The position numbers and the translations under genes are program-made. From positions 20,594,098 to 20,658,097 of the forward strand of contig NC_083409.1 in the NCBI RefSeq assembly GCF_020745735.1: a stretch of DNA of 64,000 bases, given 5' to 3'. Source of the DNA: Hemiscyllium ocellatum (taxonomy: Eukaryota). Every line of letters starts with the position of its first letter. Positions within the stretch are counted from its first letter, which is position 1. This document shows positions 13,271-26,161 of this stretch, piece by piece. The notes beneath the pieces were generated by a model. It made no database searches and was not told the DNA's origin. It worked only from the letters and a program-made list of their open reading frames with translations.

Positions 13271-13929
13271 ATCCTAATAATTTGACTTGGGGAGTGAGAG
13301 GCAGCAACTGTGATTAACTAGGATAAAAATCCTCCACCATGGCAAAAGAACACATAATTCTTTACACTTTACAAAACACTGTACTGTAAATAGGAAATGC
13401 AGTTGAGCTAAATACAAGAAGGCATAGCACCTGACTTGTCTCAAACCTTTTACCAAACTTTGAGGACCAGGCTATCAGAATTTTGTTTGCACGCTTCCTT
13501 TGAGATCACAGTCCACAAATGTCCCAGTGCCAACCCCTGGGCCGGGCCAGGTTACCAATTGCAGTGGGGTGGGGAAATCTGTGTCAGACTGAAGTTTTAT
13601 TTAAGAGCAGCATTGCAGATTGAAGTTGTTGGTTTTGACTAATATTGCGTCAGCAAACTTGGAGGAAATCCTTCTGAATGTGTTGATTAACTGCACTGAG
13701 CCTATTTACATGCAGTAGTGCTACAATGTTCTAGGATGTGTGAAGGGGCCAAGGAGACATTGCCCTGAATTTTGTTTGTGTTGTGAAACTATCACCCAAA
13801 CAGTGTTGAATTTCAAAAGTAAGAATTATACATTTTGAGCTGCAGGTTAATGTCCAATTTTAGAAATGAATATCAGCGCTAGCTGACACTTTCTTTCGCT
13901 CTCCCCCGTCCTGCTTGCATGTCCATCAG

Positions 13930-14126
13930 GTTCCTCACTAAACGGGAGCAGAAACTAATGCATCGGCGACGGCGTGCGGAGGAGCTGCTGGAGTGGAAGC
14001 GGCGGCTCGATGCCGAGGAAGCTGCGATCCAGCAAATGGAAGAACAGGCTCAGGCTGCTTGGGACAAGCAGCTCAAAACAAACATGATAAAGAGAGAGAC
14101 AAGCAAGAAGATTCCCGAATTGAACG
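13930..14126 (+). CDS. CEP350/CCDC187-like exon (FLTKREQKLMHRRRRAEELLEWKRRLDAEEA...)
   Basis: catcag acceptor, gtaatg donor (phase 1); matches CEP350 FLTKREQKLMQRRQHAEELLEWKRRLDAEEA. Confidence 0.94.
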
Positions 14127-14964
14127 GTAATGTTAGCCTCTGTTTCTTGTTTGTTTGTTTTTCTTCAAGACAGTAATGCATTTACTGTGGTTCTGACTGC
14201 TTTCAAGTGCACTTTGGTATGGCTGATTGTCATGGCACGTGTGATGTGATATATTGATGTGTAAATGTCATCAGTCTGCATTAATGCAGAAGAAGCAAGG
14301 TGTAAACCTGGCCTTTTATTTTGCCTGTCTCATTCATTCAAGGAAATCACATTTCCCAAGCATCTGCCGTGATGCATTTAAACAGCATAGGTCAGATGTT
14401 GGAATTATCATCTTTCTCAATGGTACCTTGAAACGATAGCTCAGTGCAGTTTCCCACTCACCCTCTCGAGGGAGACTGAAGTTTCAGATTTTAATTCCTT
14501 TCACTGCTGGTGGTTGCGTATCACTTGCAGAGTTGAGAAGCAGCAAAAGTTGTAATCAGTGTGAGAGCTTGGATGTTGTTTATACAAGACTATGTGGCCA
14601 CTTTGTTCACACGGAAAAATCTAATTTTCTTTGCAATATTGACAATTAATTTCATTCCTCACCATTAGCAGCAACATGAAACTATCTCCAGGACTGCACA
14701 GAATGTTGTATCGGAGTATTTTGACGATGAGCAGATATGTCTGATAGTATCTGAGTTGGCTCAAGGTGCTTTTCATTAGTGACCTGTGCATACTTAACTT
14801 TCTCTGGTTAACTGTTTCTAACCTACTCCCCTTATGATACTGTTACATGCATCTGAAGTAAAGAATATATTGAAAGGAGGATGAAGTTGTAAGACAGTCA
14901 TACTGAATTGTGCATCTCACTTTAAGCGCTGTATAAATGTCCTAAGTATTGTTATTTTCTGTAG

Positions 14965-15167
14965 ACACAGGCAGTGAGGAAGAATGTCCTGTGCCGCCTT
15001 GCTCCCAGCCCCACAGGGACAGTTCAGTTCCTGAGGAAGTTAGAATTTCACCTGCTCAGTCACTGGAATCACCATCAGCAGCCCTTCGGATGACCACCAG
15101 TCCTGACCATCCTATTTTCACGGATGGTGTTTATTCCCAGGATTTTGTCACAACACACAGTAAAATG
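14965..15167 (+). CDS. CEP350/CCDC187-like exon (DTGSEEECPVP...SPDHPIFTDGVYSQDF); 3' end 15159 or 15167
   Basis: ctgtag acceptor in correct phase; resembles CEP350 SEEESPVP...SPDHSIL...CSQE; two gtaaaa donors at 15160 and 15168. Confidence 0.8.
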
Positions 15168-15289
15168 GTAAAAGATGTTTTGCATTGTCTTTTTAACAAA
15201 AACTGTTTCTAATGAGTAAAGAATGTCATATAAGGCTGCAGAGAATAGCAAATCCTTGGCTTTGCTCAAAATCAGTCCCAGGGAAACAG

Positions 15290-15570
15290 GAAGTGGAGAG
15301 AATGGGAAACAGTATGAGGAGGGGGGTGGGAGATCTGAGGGAATGGAAGTTCTGAGAATGAATGGAAAATATAAGTGTGGGGGGAATGGGAATTCTGAGT
15401 GGGGTTGGGAAACATGGGAGTGGGATGAAATGGAAATTCTGAGAGGGAATTTGAAACGGGAGTGGCAGAGAATGGGAATTCTGAGGGGGAATGAGAAATG
15501 TAATGTGGGAAAGAATAGGAATTTTGTGAAGGCATGGGAAATATGTGCGGGCTCGGTGGATTAACAATGG
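15290..15570. repeat. Purine-rich degenerate tandem repeat (gaatgggaattctgag-like)
   Basis: Motif recurs about five times. Confidence 0.7.
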
Positions 15571-16907
15571 GAAATCCAGGTGGGGGAGGGGGCTCTGGGT
15601 GGGCTGGTCCTCAGGGGGTTGATGTGGACTTAAAAGCCCAAATGACCTGCTCCGACACTTTACGGAATCTCTGATTATCTGTCTCTGTCCCACCTCCGTT
15701 CTTCCACTGCAGAAACCTCGTCAATGTCTGTCTTACTTCCAGACTTGATGATTGTATTATACTACTTGTTCTATTCCAGAAAGCCGATTGGTGAAGGATA
15801 ATACCAGAACCAGTCTTTGCACCATTTAAATTAATTTATATGATTATATATTGCAGGCAAGCTATTTGTATTCCTTTAATTAAATCTTTGCGAATTTCAC
15901 TTTCAATTGCTCCATTAATGGAAAAGCCTTCAGTTACTAAGACAGTGACCTCTTTAATCCCCTCCCTGAACTTTACTTCTGTCTATGTCACTTTCCTCCT
16001 ACAAGACACTCGAACTGTATGACAGATTTCACATCTGCCCTTGGATCTCTGTGAGGCTCAGTATCATGTTTTATTCTATTTCTGTGAAGCTACTTGATTT
16101 GTTTTATCATATGAAAGATTTGTTATAAATGCAAGTTTTTAAAGATAAAACAGGAAGAAAACAGGTAACTGTGAAATAAAGCATCAGAGCAGATTTCAAA
16201 AGTGATGACTGTGCTTAAAAAAGCCTCAACTTTCAGATGTGGAGGTATGATGGGTGGGTACATGCACTTTTTTAAAAAAAAACATTTGACAACGTGTCAT
16301 ACATGAGATTAATTGGCAAGGAATTAAGGCAGGGATAGCAAACGGGATTTAAACAGATAAACGGTGGAAATATAGAAAAGGACTTGGGGAAGTTCCAGAG
16401 TGGTTCAAGAAAGTCGTGGTTTCTGGCTTTGCTTCTGGGGGCACTTTTATTTCCGGTGTTCATTTCATAATTTGATTATGTGCTAAGAGCGTGTGGTGTT
16501 GAAATTCAAAGTATTGTAAAATAAGAAGAATGATGAGTGTTTTGGAAAAGTTAAGGAAGCTGTGAGGGGTTTTGAGAAGAAGCTTAAAAAGGAGTAGAAA
16601 GCTTTTGTTTTCACTCCATCAAGTAAATTTTGTATTGAGTTTGAGTACTCAGTCTTAAAAAATATACTGTTTAATGATCTGGATCTCACTCCATGTGGAA
16701 ACCTTGACTTTCATTACATGGCTGAGAATAAATTGGAAATGAATTCCAGCCTGTGTCTGATTTGTCAGACATATTCTGAGATATAAAACAAAGGTTGTCG
16801 TTTGTTTGTCTCCTGTTTTCATGCTTTGATTTCACAGTTTATTAAAACCATGTATTGTTCATTAATGTTTTGAAATGAATTCCATCATTTTTGTTCCTGA
16901 CCTTCAG

Positions 16908-17185
16908 TATCTAGATTGACCAACAGTATGTGTACTTTGCAACAGGGCAGCCCAGTGCAGGAGCCCCAGTCCCGAAAAGATGTGCCCCGAAAAATCCAAG
17001 GGGAAATTAACTTTGCTTTTGCTGAAGATGCAGTCGAGATTGTGACACTGGTTCATGGAGCGGCTGAGGAGCTGTACAAATGGCAGGAACTTGGCCATGA
17101 TTTGGGGGATTTGCAAATACCCCCAGACTTTGTGAATTATAAATGGAAGGATGATGAGAGTGTCAGCAGAAGAGCTTATTGTGAG
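16908..17185 (+). CDS. CEP350/CCDC187-like exon (...EIVTLVHGAAEELYKWQELGHDL...SVSRRAYCE); 5' end uncertain
   Basis: ccttcag acceptor, gtgaga donor; matches CEP350 EVEILVHNAAEELWKWKELGHDL...STSKRVYKQ. Confidence 0.85.
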
Positions 17186-18947
17186 GTGAGACCCAGATTT
17201 TGCATTTGAAAACAAAATTATTTTTTCTTTGTTAAGCAAGAAACGTATGGGTTAAGAGTGCTCCATTGCAGCTCTGATTGATGATATGTATAACAGAGCA
17301 TGTTAAAAACATTATCTCGATCCTGATGACTGCATTGAATTCAATTTACCATTTTGCCCCTTCCCTAAAAATCCAAAGCCCCTTTCTCCTCCACTGTTTG
17401 TACTCTCCCATTATTAATTTATCATCCTCATCATCATCATACTGTTATCCGTTAAATCCCATCTGTCATAACTTTGCCCAGTCTGACAATCTGTAGATTC
17501 CGTTTCTATTTACATAATATATAGTGTCCCTTCCAGCCACTCTGTTTTTTTTTCAAATTCTTCTCTATCGTTTCTGTCTTTCTATTGCTGTTTCCATTGG
17601 TTGATAATACAATATTTGATTATTATTCACCTTCTTAAAACTCTCTAGAATCTTGATCTAGAAGCTAGAATCACAGGTCATTCCGTAACTTTCAGATAAA
17701 GAAAGCCTGAAAGGTTGAACTTCTCAATCTGTGATCATGTCTGTACCTCTTTTCCTGATAACATCTTGAGAATTTGCACGATGTTGAGATTCCCAAAGTG
17801 GACCAAAGTATTCTAAGATCTTATGCAGCTTAACGTGGCTGTAATTGTTTGTGTCTATGTGGCCTTTGCTCTCATCTGATTAGGATCTTACCATTTCAGG
17901 TGTAATTCCTTTTCTTATCCACACAATGTATTACTTCATCCCACTCTTAACTTCAATTCCATCTTCCGGTAAATATTCTTCTGTAACTGTCACTGCAGTA
18001 CAGTTCCATCTCTGTCCCTTCAACCCAAGTTGGAATCATTTGATTCCTTTCTCTTAAATTCCCAAGTCAAGATTGTGTTTATTACGATAACAATTAAGGA
18101 CGATCTGAGTATGGGCTCCTGTGGACCCCTTCCATTCTCCACACCTTTCTTGTGTGAAATCTTTATTTTACCCTGACCTGCATTTTCCCAACTACCTCTA
18201 TTCACTTGACTGTGCTCCCCTTCATTTGAGGTGCCCCTGAGTTTTGCCTTTGGTCTTCTCAGAGGTAACTACTTGAAATAATTTCTGAAAATCCATGTAA
18301 ACCATGTACACTTTTTTCCCACTAATCTGCTCCTTTACTAATACAGCCTTGTCAAATCGCTTGCTAGTTCACAACCTGCTAATTAGAAATTCATGCTAAT
18401 TGCTATTGTCTCTTTAACTGCCCGTCTTTCACTCCATATTGTTAACTCTGAATTTACCAACAAATGACACAAAACTAACTGATTGAGAAATTCCTGTTTT
18501 TCTTCTTATTGAATGAGGAGTTAGCTGCCCTCCAATCCTCTGGTCAAATTTTAGGAGGTAATAATTGGAGCCATGATAGTTTGTTTTCTATTTACAGCAT
18601 GTCCCACAGATGTCATTCATTTTGTTTCAAAGATTTGCCCGCTTTTATGTTGTGGTGCCTTCCTTAGTATTATGTAGGTAATCTTGTCTAATACATCTGC
18701 ACCTAGCCTTGGTAGTTCTGCAATCCTTTTAAACCCCTTCTGTCATCTCTCTTTTGCCTTCTCTACTGCAATCAATGAAATTCTAAATTTATCCTTGATT
18801 CAGATCATGAATCAAACAGTTGTTATTTTATATTTTTGAACAGTATTCCCTTTTATTTTCACTGTCGTGATCTAACAAGATTTTTTTTTGGGTGGAGAGG
18901 ATGTATCTAATATAATATTTTCTTTGTTACTCTTTTACTACTTCCAG

Positions 18948-19094
18948 CTTATCTTTAATGTGACAAGGGAAATCTTTGCTGACATCTTTTCTGATGACCT
19001 CCATGCCAGCCCAGCCCCGTGGATGAAGCCAAGCCAAATTAGCTCTTTGTTCTTCAAACGAGCGAGGAACCCACAGAATTTAAATGAAGTGAAG
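18948..19094 (+). CDS. CEP350/CCDC187-like exon (LIFNVTREIFADIF...PWMKPSQI...NLNEVK)
   Basis: ttccag acceptor, gtaata donor, 147 bp; matches CEP350 AVFDLTKEIFEEIF...VWMKPCRI...NLDEIK. Confidence 0.92.
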
Positions 19095-19439
19095 GTAATA
19101 ACTCCATGTAATCCTTTTTTCCTATTTGTCAGTAATAATGTGACAAATGTGATGCTGGTTGGAGTTAAAGTATGTAGATTGAGTAAGTGAGTGACTCAAC
19201 TTGTAAACAGTGGTCACTATCCTGACTTGGAAATCTGTCACTGCTTCTTGGAAGTCCCTCCCTAATGAGATTGTGGGTCTAGCTCAGCACCATCTTCTCA
19301 AGGACAACCAGGAACGTGCAATAAGTGCTGGCCAGGCAGTGACATCCACATTTCATGAATGAAAAAAAAAATTCCTCTATGCTCATTGAGTACCAAGGAA
19401 CTCCATTTTAATTCTAAACTCCTCAATGACCATTTTTTA

Positions 19440-20135
19440 AATGACTCAGAGGGTCTGGGCATCGCCGGCTGGCCAGCATTTATTGACCGATCCTAGTTGC
19501 TTTTGAGAACCTGGTAAGCTGTCTTTTGTAACCATTGCAGTCCATGAGCTGTAGGTAGACCCACAATGCCCTTCAGGAGGGAATTCCCAGAATTTGATAC
19601 AGCAATCCTGAAGAAACAATTATATTTTTCGAAGTCAGAATGATGAGTGGCTTGGAGGGGAACTTGCAGGTTGCGGTCTGCTGGTCGTGTCCTTCTTGAT
19701 CTAAATGGTCACAGATTTGGGAGGATCTGGCTAAAGATCTCTGAATTTCTGCAATGCATCTTGTAGATTGTACACACTGCTGCTACTGAGTGGAATGTGG
19801 TGGAGGGCATGTCTGCTTGCGGATGTGGTGCCAATCAAGTGGGCTGTTTTGCCTTGGATGTGGCGAGCTTTTTGTGTGTTACTGGAGCTGCACTCATTCA
19901 GGCAAGTGGGGCGTATTCCATCAGACTCCTGACTTGTGCTTTGTACTCGGTGGATTTGCTATGGGAAATTAGGAAGTGAGTTATACACCCCAGTATTCCA
20001 AGCCTCTGACCTGCCCTTGTAGCCCAAAGTATTTATATAATGAGTCCAAATGAGTTTCTGGTCCATGATGTTCATTGTGGAAGATTCAGTGATGGTAATA
20101 CCATTGAATGTCAAGGGCCATTGGTTAAATTGTCT
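19440..20135 (-). mobile_element. L2/CR1-superclade LINE 3' end (gggcaataaatgctgg-type UTR family)
   Basis: Shared with 1690-2480 (-), 19200-19370 (+), 30480-30865 (-) and 37480-37975 (+). Confidence 0.7.
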
Positions 20136-20139
20136 CTTA

Positions 20140-21140
20140 GAGTCGTAGAGATGGACAGCTCAGAAACAGACCCTTCGGTTCAACTTGTCCATACAGACCA
20201 GTTATCCGAGATAAAATCTAGTCCCATTTGCCAGCATTTGGTCCATTTCCTCTTTAACCCTTCCTATTCATATACACCACCAGATGCCTTTTAAATATCG
20301 CCATTATGCCAGCTGCCTCCACTTCCTCTGGCAACTCATTCCATGTACACACCACCCCCTGCATGAAACAGTAACCTGTTACGTACCTTTTAAATGTTTC
20401 CCTCTCACCTATGCCCTCTATTTTTGGAATTGCCTTCACCAGGGAAAAGACTTGTCTATTTACCCTGTCCATACCACTCATAATTTTATAAATCTTTTCA
20501 CATTCGCCTCTCAGCCTCTGGTGCTCCAGGGAATGTAACCCCAACCAATTCATTCTCTTCCTATACCAGAACCCCCCCACCCAGGCAACACCCTTGTAAA
20601 TCTTTGCATAACCCTTTCAAGATTCACAACATCCTTCCAAGAGCAGGGAGTCCAGAATTGCACAGAATATTCTAAAAGAGGCCTGATCAGTGTCCTATTC
20701 AGCTGCAACATGACCTCCCAACTCCTGTACTCAATGCTCTGACCAATAAAGGCAAACATACCAAACACCACCTTCACTATCCTGTTTACTTGTGACTCCA
20801 CTTTCAAGGAACTATGAACCTGCACTCCAAGGTCTCTTTGCTCAGCAACACTCCCCAGGACTTTACCATTGAGTGTATAAGTCCTGCCCTTATTTGCCTT
20901 TCCAAAATGCAGCACCTCACATTTATGTAAACTAAACTTCATCTGCCACTCCTCAGCCCATCTGAACAAGATCCTGTTGTATTCTGAACCTTCTTCACTG
21001 TCCACTGCACCTTCAATTTTGGTGTTATCTGCAAACTTACTAACCATACTATGTTCCATGTTCACATCCAAATCATTTATGTAAATGACGAAAAGCAGTG
21101 AACCCAGCACCGATCCTTGTGGCACACCACTGGTCACAGG
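20140..21140 (-). mobile_element. CR1-type LINE 3' ~1 kb
   Basis: ORF 20550-21137: VTSGVPQGSVLGSLLFVIYINDLD...SKFADNTK. Confidence 0.92.
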
Positions 21141-21419
21141 CCTCCTACTGGGAATGGTCAGTGACTGGCAGTTTTGTTCCGAATATTATTTGCCTCTTGC
21201 CAGTCCAAACCCACATATTGTCCAGATCCTGTTGCCTTTGAACATAACTCCTCAGATATTGAAACAGTCTATGAATGGTACTGAATATTGTGCGATCATC
21301 CGCACTTCTGACCTTAAGATGGAAGTAAGGTCAGGAACTGAGGAACCCCATTTTATTCTGATCCTCGAGGAAGCTCATTTTACTCCAAACTGGAGACACA
21401 ATGTAATAGCTCTGAGTGT

Positions 21420-21810
21420 TAGCTATGGCTCAGTGGCACTCTTCCTCAGTCATGAGGGGATTAAGCAAACGCTGAAGTGAAGTCCTGGATGACAGTCCTG
21501 GTGCAGTACTGAAGTATTGTTTTCAAAGTGAGGCCCCATTTTCCCCCTTGGGTGAGTTTTTTTTAAAAAAAGATTTTTAGTGCTACTTTGAAGAGGAGTG
21601 AAGTTCTCCCTCATCAACCTGGTCAATCATGAGTCATTATGGCTAAACGTTTACTGAACCATTTCTATAATTTGTGGGAACTTGCTGTGTGAAAGTTTGT
21701 TGCAGCTTTTGATGATATTATAATAGTGGCTGTACTTCAAAGGTTGGGAACAACATGGTACAAGTGAGATAAGTGATATGCTGTTTTTGACAATTTGAGG
21801 TTAAGGTGGG
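21420..21810 (+). mobile_element. Deu-domain SINE (SacSINE1-like), old
   Basis: gtgcagtactga...gtgaggcccc...gaagaggag...gttctccc...tttgtgggaacttgctgtg resembles remembered consensus. Confidence 0.6.
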
Positions 21811-22873
21811 TGACTTGAGCATTGGTTACAAAGTATTGTCCAGCACGAAGACCAAGTTCTTTACAATTCCAACAATGCAACTTCTCTTTTCTTGTGGCAC
21901 TGACATTGAAGTGTACACTGGATGACTCCTTCCAGTAGCGCAGACTTGCAACACTGCAATGTGAACTTTTTACCACAGTCTAAAGTCGACATCAACCTAC
22001 TCATTGTCTGACTTCCCTTTGTGCACAGTTTGTGAAGTGTTGCACTTTGCCAGGGACTGAGAATGGGCATGTGTAAATCAGCTTTTCATCCACACAGCAA
22101 ATTTGGAACTGTTCATTTCCTTTGCTTTGTCTTTATAACTCGACTCAAATGTATCTTCAGTCTGAACTGTTTCACACACCAACATTTCTGTGCATGTTAC
22201 TTGCCTTTGATGGTGTTAGCCGAGAAACCTATCAAAATCTTCCTGCCTGGAGCCATGTGAGGCAGTGGTCAGTGGCTAGGTCATATAGCTTTGAAGCACT
22301 CATCTGTTAAATTGAGAATGATTTGACCATCCTGAAATGCTGGGAGTGCTGTATGAATCCATGTCAGCCCCAATATTTATTGTGAGACTTCCCACAGCGC
22401 TGATCTTCAGTTGGCTGCCTACAGACGATTAAAGGCAGAACATTTTTGGAATTTGACGAAGCAGAGGCTTCTTCGAAGATGCTGTAGGCAAAGTGCTGAA
22501 CCATGTAATGCAGTGAATAATTCATCATTTCTCAGCCGAGGTCTTAGGCAAAGGAACATTTCAAACCTTCTTTCAATTTGGGAGCATCGCATGTTACCTT
22601 AAAGTTGTATTGTCTGTGCTTTTGGATCTCACTAATGTTATTCATTTCAGTTATAATTAAGTTTTAAAGCATTTAGCAGATTTTTGTTTCATTGAACATG
22701 CTTTGAGTTCCATCCAATTTTACATAATTCTGAATGGGGGAAGAATCAGAAGGTCGAAGCATCAAAGTCTTCGTTGAGCAGTTTTAGGGAAGAATAATGG
22801 ATTGGGAGTGGGTTTGTCTGTGTATTTAGGGTGTGTGCAACAGCTGCCATTTCTCCTGTGCTTCTACCCACAG

Positions 22874-22996
22874 ATCTTCATTTCTAATGAAGTTTTGAAG
22901 TTATTTGGGTTGAATGAAGAGCAACATCAGAAGACGACTTGGCAGAAGTTGAAGAAATTTGGCACCAAACAACGTGATCGGGTGCACCATATTTTG
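22874..22996 (+). CDS. CEP350/CCDC187-like exon (IFISNEVLKLFGL...WQKLKKFGTKQRDRVHHIL)
   Basis: ccacag acceptor, gtaggt donor, 123 bp; matches CEP350 FIASEVLKLF...WQKMMKFGRKKRDRVDHIL. Confidence 0.93.
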
Positions 22997-23251
22997 GTAG
23001 GTGCTTCAGTTTAGGAACTGTTCAGTTTTATATTGTACCATTGTATCACAATTACGAAACCTCATTGTACATCTGAATTTTCTATTATTTTAAATGACAA
23101 AGGCTTTATCTGTCTTTGGCTGACCTGTCTGGCTATCCTGCATTTGTCCAGAAAATGCTTCAACTTTCTGACTGAATTGAAAACTTGGCCCTTGCTGGAG
23201 TAATTTGCTGAAATTCATTAGTTGTCACAAAAGATTCAAAGAATTAAACTT

Positions 23252-23566
23252 GGGCGGCACGGTGGCACAGTGGTTAGCACTGCTGCCTCACAGCGCCTGA
23301 AGACCCGGGTTCAATTCCCGACTCAGGCGACTGACTGTGTGGAGTTTGCACGTTCTCCCCGTGTCTGCGTGGGTTTCCTCCGGGTGCTCCGGTTTCCTCC
23401 CACACTCCAAAGATGTGCGGGTCAGGTGAATTGGCAGTGCTAAATTGTCCGTAGTGTTAGTAAGGGGTAATGTAGGGGTATGGGTGGGTTTCGCTTCGGC
23501 GGGTCGGTGTGGACTTGTTGGGCCGAAGGGCCTGTTTCCACACTGTAAGTCTAATCTAAAAAAAAA
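23252..23566 (+). mobile_element. HE1-type SINE, young
   Basis: Near-identical to 2796 and 56290 copies. Confidence 0.9.
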
Positions 23567-23597
23567 TTCAGAAGTACATTGAATTCCTCACTCACCT

Positions 23598-23782
23598 AAT
23601 GAAAGCAAATTACTGCAGATGCAGGAATCTGAAACCAGAAGAGAAAATACTGGAAAATCTCAGTAGGTCTGGCAGCATCTGTAAGGAGAGAAAAGAATCA
23701 GTTAGACTCGAAATGTCAGCTCTTTTCTCTCCTTACAGATGCTGCCAGACCTGCTGAGATTGTCCAGCATTTTCTCTTTTAG
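23598..23782. mobile_element. Related hairpin element, 14-bp TSD
   Basis: Inverted arms around 23705; TTCCTCACT(C/T)ACCT at 23584-23597 and 23783-23796. Confidence 0.7.
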
Positions 23783-23809
23783 TTCCTCACTTACCTGTCT
23801 TTTAGACCC

Positions 23810-24560
23810 AGTTTTACAGAAAGTACAGGTCAGGGTTCTTTGCTTAACAAGAGTTACAGTTTGTTACAAAAAAATGCAAACAATTACCAACCACTGGCAT
23901 ATAACTACTAACTAAAACTAACAACCCCTCCCACATGCATTCCTCATTACACATACACAGATAGAAAAACAGGGACAAAGTGCACTGGGTGTTTTGCATA
24001 AAGAGAAAGACTGGGAACGTACTTCCATGGTACCTATTGATGGCTTTTCTTGAGATAATCCTTGTGCTGATCAGAATGCTGTTCCTTGATCTTCCTTCTC
24101 CAGATGCTTCCATTTGTTTTCAGGAGGCACAGGGTGACTAGTTCACACGTGTACAAGTCTGTAACTTCTCAATTAATAGCCACAGCTTACAGCAAGTGCT
24201 GAAGGGAAAAGAAGCTGGTTTTCTTCAGGCTTTTCACTGCGGAGACAGATCCTCAACTTGTGGAGATCTGGTGATTTCTCAATTCACTTGTATACAGCCT
24301 CGGCTGATCAGCTACCTGGGAGCCAATCTCCGTTTTTGTCTGAAGGATATTTGTCTGTGGCCTAGTGACTAGTTAGCTACTTACTATTGACTGAAGCTCC
24401 CATTGAACACAGCCCTTGGCTGGAGCTTGTCTGAAAGTGAGTAGCACTTAGTGTGTGTCAGGGAACTTGCTACTGAAAAGTGCCAGCAATCCCTGAACAA
24501 TCCTTGAGTTTTAAAATTGCTTTATCCCCATTTGAGTCCAAAATCAAAAGTATAGAAAAA
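23810..24560 (-). mobile_element. Possible solo LTR
   Basis: Composition and layout resemble a reversed Gypsy-type LTR; termini and TSD not identified. Confidence 0.25.
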
Positions 24561-25996
24561 TTAGAAGACAGTTTTTTCAGACCTTTCCATTCCTTCCCAT
24601 GTGTTGGTGTGTCACAGCACAACATGTGTCAGCAGATTGATGAGTTTAACAGGTCTGTAAGAACACCGTTATCTTCAGGCCAAACCACCACCTTGTCTTG
24701 GTCAGATATCACCTTTCCTTTTATATTTACATGGTTAATCTCCTGGAATCCCTGAGCTTGCAGTGCTGTGGGAGTACCTTCAACACGCAGGCTGTAGCAC
24801 TTCAAGATAAATACCTTTCCAAAGAGAAATGGTGTGTGGGTTGGAGGGGGGGGTGGGGAGGGGGAGGGGGGGGTGGTGGTGGCAACATGCATCCCAACAC
24901 TGAAGTTTTAAAAAATTGGGTGCTTGGTTTGCCAAAAATTTCAAATCATTGCTTTTTTTCCCTCTTTGGATCAAAAATTTCCAGCTGATAGTGTGTGTCC
25001 ATTAGGCAAGGGTTGGAAGTCTCTGCTCTGCACCAGCTCAAGTAGTGATACCGTCAGGCCACAGCTACACCAGGGCAGAGGGCCAGCCTAAAGTTAAAAC
25101 GTGTAATTCAGTTACACTCACCAGCTCTTTCCTTGTGGTGGGTATTCCTTTCTGGTTGTGCATACTGAGTAAAACATCTCCACTCGTTTATTATGTAACT
25201 GGCAATATTGGTGATTGATCTCACTGGTTTGAGGAGTTGTGGCATTGGAATCAAATTCAAAACCAGGTAGGAACAGGATTAAGCCAGCAGCACCCTTCAG
25301 TCTGTCCCCGTACTCCTAATCATAGCTGATTTGTATCTACCTCTGTATATTGATCTTCTAATTTTTCCGAACTGTTTTTTGACCTTACAAATATCTGTCA
25401 ACACTCGTATTGAAATGCTGTAACAGTCACAATAGTTTTTAAGGCTGGAAGGAACCAGATTATTTTAGTATTGTTTGTGTGACAATAGGCTTCTTCACAT
25501 CATCCCCCTAATCAACCTAAGTCTTATTTTTCTGCATGCCCTATTTCTGGCATGCCTCGCCAAAGGAACTAGTTTCTCACTTCCTTCGCTGTCAAATCGT
25601 TTAATCATCTCAGTCACTTCTATAGATCCATCCCCTAGTCATCTTTACTCAAGAGAATGCAGGCCTCGTTTATCAAATAAAAGTAAAAAATGCTGGAAAT
25701 ATTCAGGTCAGACCTAATTTATGTAGCCAGTCCTTAACCTTCTCAGACTTGGTATTGTTTTGTACAAGAATAACTAGTGACTCTCCATTGATCTCGCAGT
25801 GAGCCCTCCAGAACTCCTGTCCAAGCTCCACTTGCTGTGTGGGAATAGCCACTTGTGTGATACTGGACACAAGGAAAGTGGGAGGCCTGTAGTCTGAGTG
25901 ATTTCAGGGCAAACGCTGCTCAGTACGAGAGGAAAGAGCTGTAACAAATAAATCTTGATATAAAAACAATAACACCCCCTCTGTTTTTTCTGGCAG

Positions 25997-26161
25997 GTTC
26001 AAGAGCTTTATGAGGAGGAAGCCCAATGGGTGAATTATGATGAGGATGAGCTTTGTGTGAAGATGCAGTTGGCAGATTATATTTTTGAAGTTCTGATAAA
26101 AGACACAATAAATGTACTGAATCAGATTCAGGGGCAACAGTTAAGACTCATGTTATCCTAA
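25997..26161 (+). CDS. CEP350/CCDC187-like terminal coding exon (VQELYEEEAQWVNYDEDELCVKMQLAD...LMLS*)
   Basis: ggcag acceptor, 55 codons to TAA; near-identical to CEP350 C-terminus VQELHEEEAQWVNYDEDELCVKMQLAD; not in ORF track. Confidence 0.95.
   Translation, partial: VQELYEEEAQWVNYDEDELCVKMQLADYIFEVLIKDTINVLNQIQGQQLRLMLS

Larger units (their letters stand above)
1249..26161 (+). other. CCDC187: 3' part of a CEP350-family centrosomal coiled-coil gene, probably the CCDC187-type paralogue (gene begins upstream of window)
   Basis: Ten exons with GT-AG sites and compatible phases matching remembered CEP350 segments. Family assignment is strong. The CCDC187 symbol is an inference from the missing CAP-Gly block and divergence at normally conserved positions (FGTKQRDRVHHIL vs FGRKKRDRVDHIL). 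Confidence 0.55.

Noticed and set aside
15223-15693. 113-155-aa ORFs on both strands
   Set aside because: Products of a purine-rich low-complexity repeat.
16140-16250. Possible micro-exons (20 nt and 8 nt) between two CEP350-like exons
   Set aside because: AG/GT pairs only; no homology or expression support.
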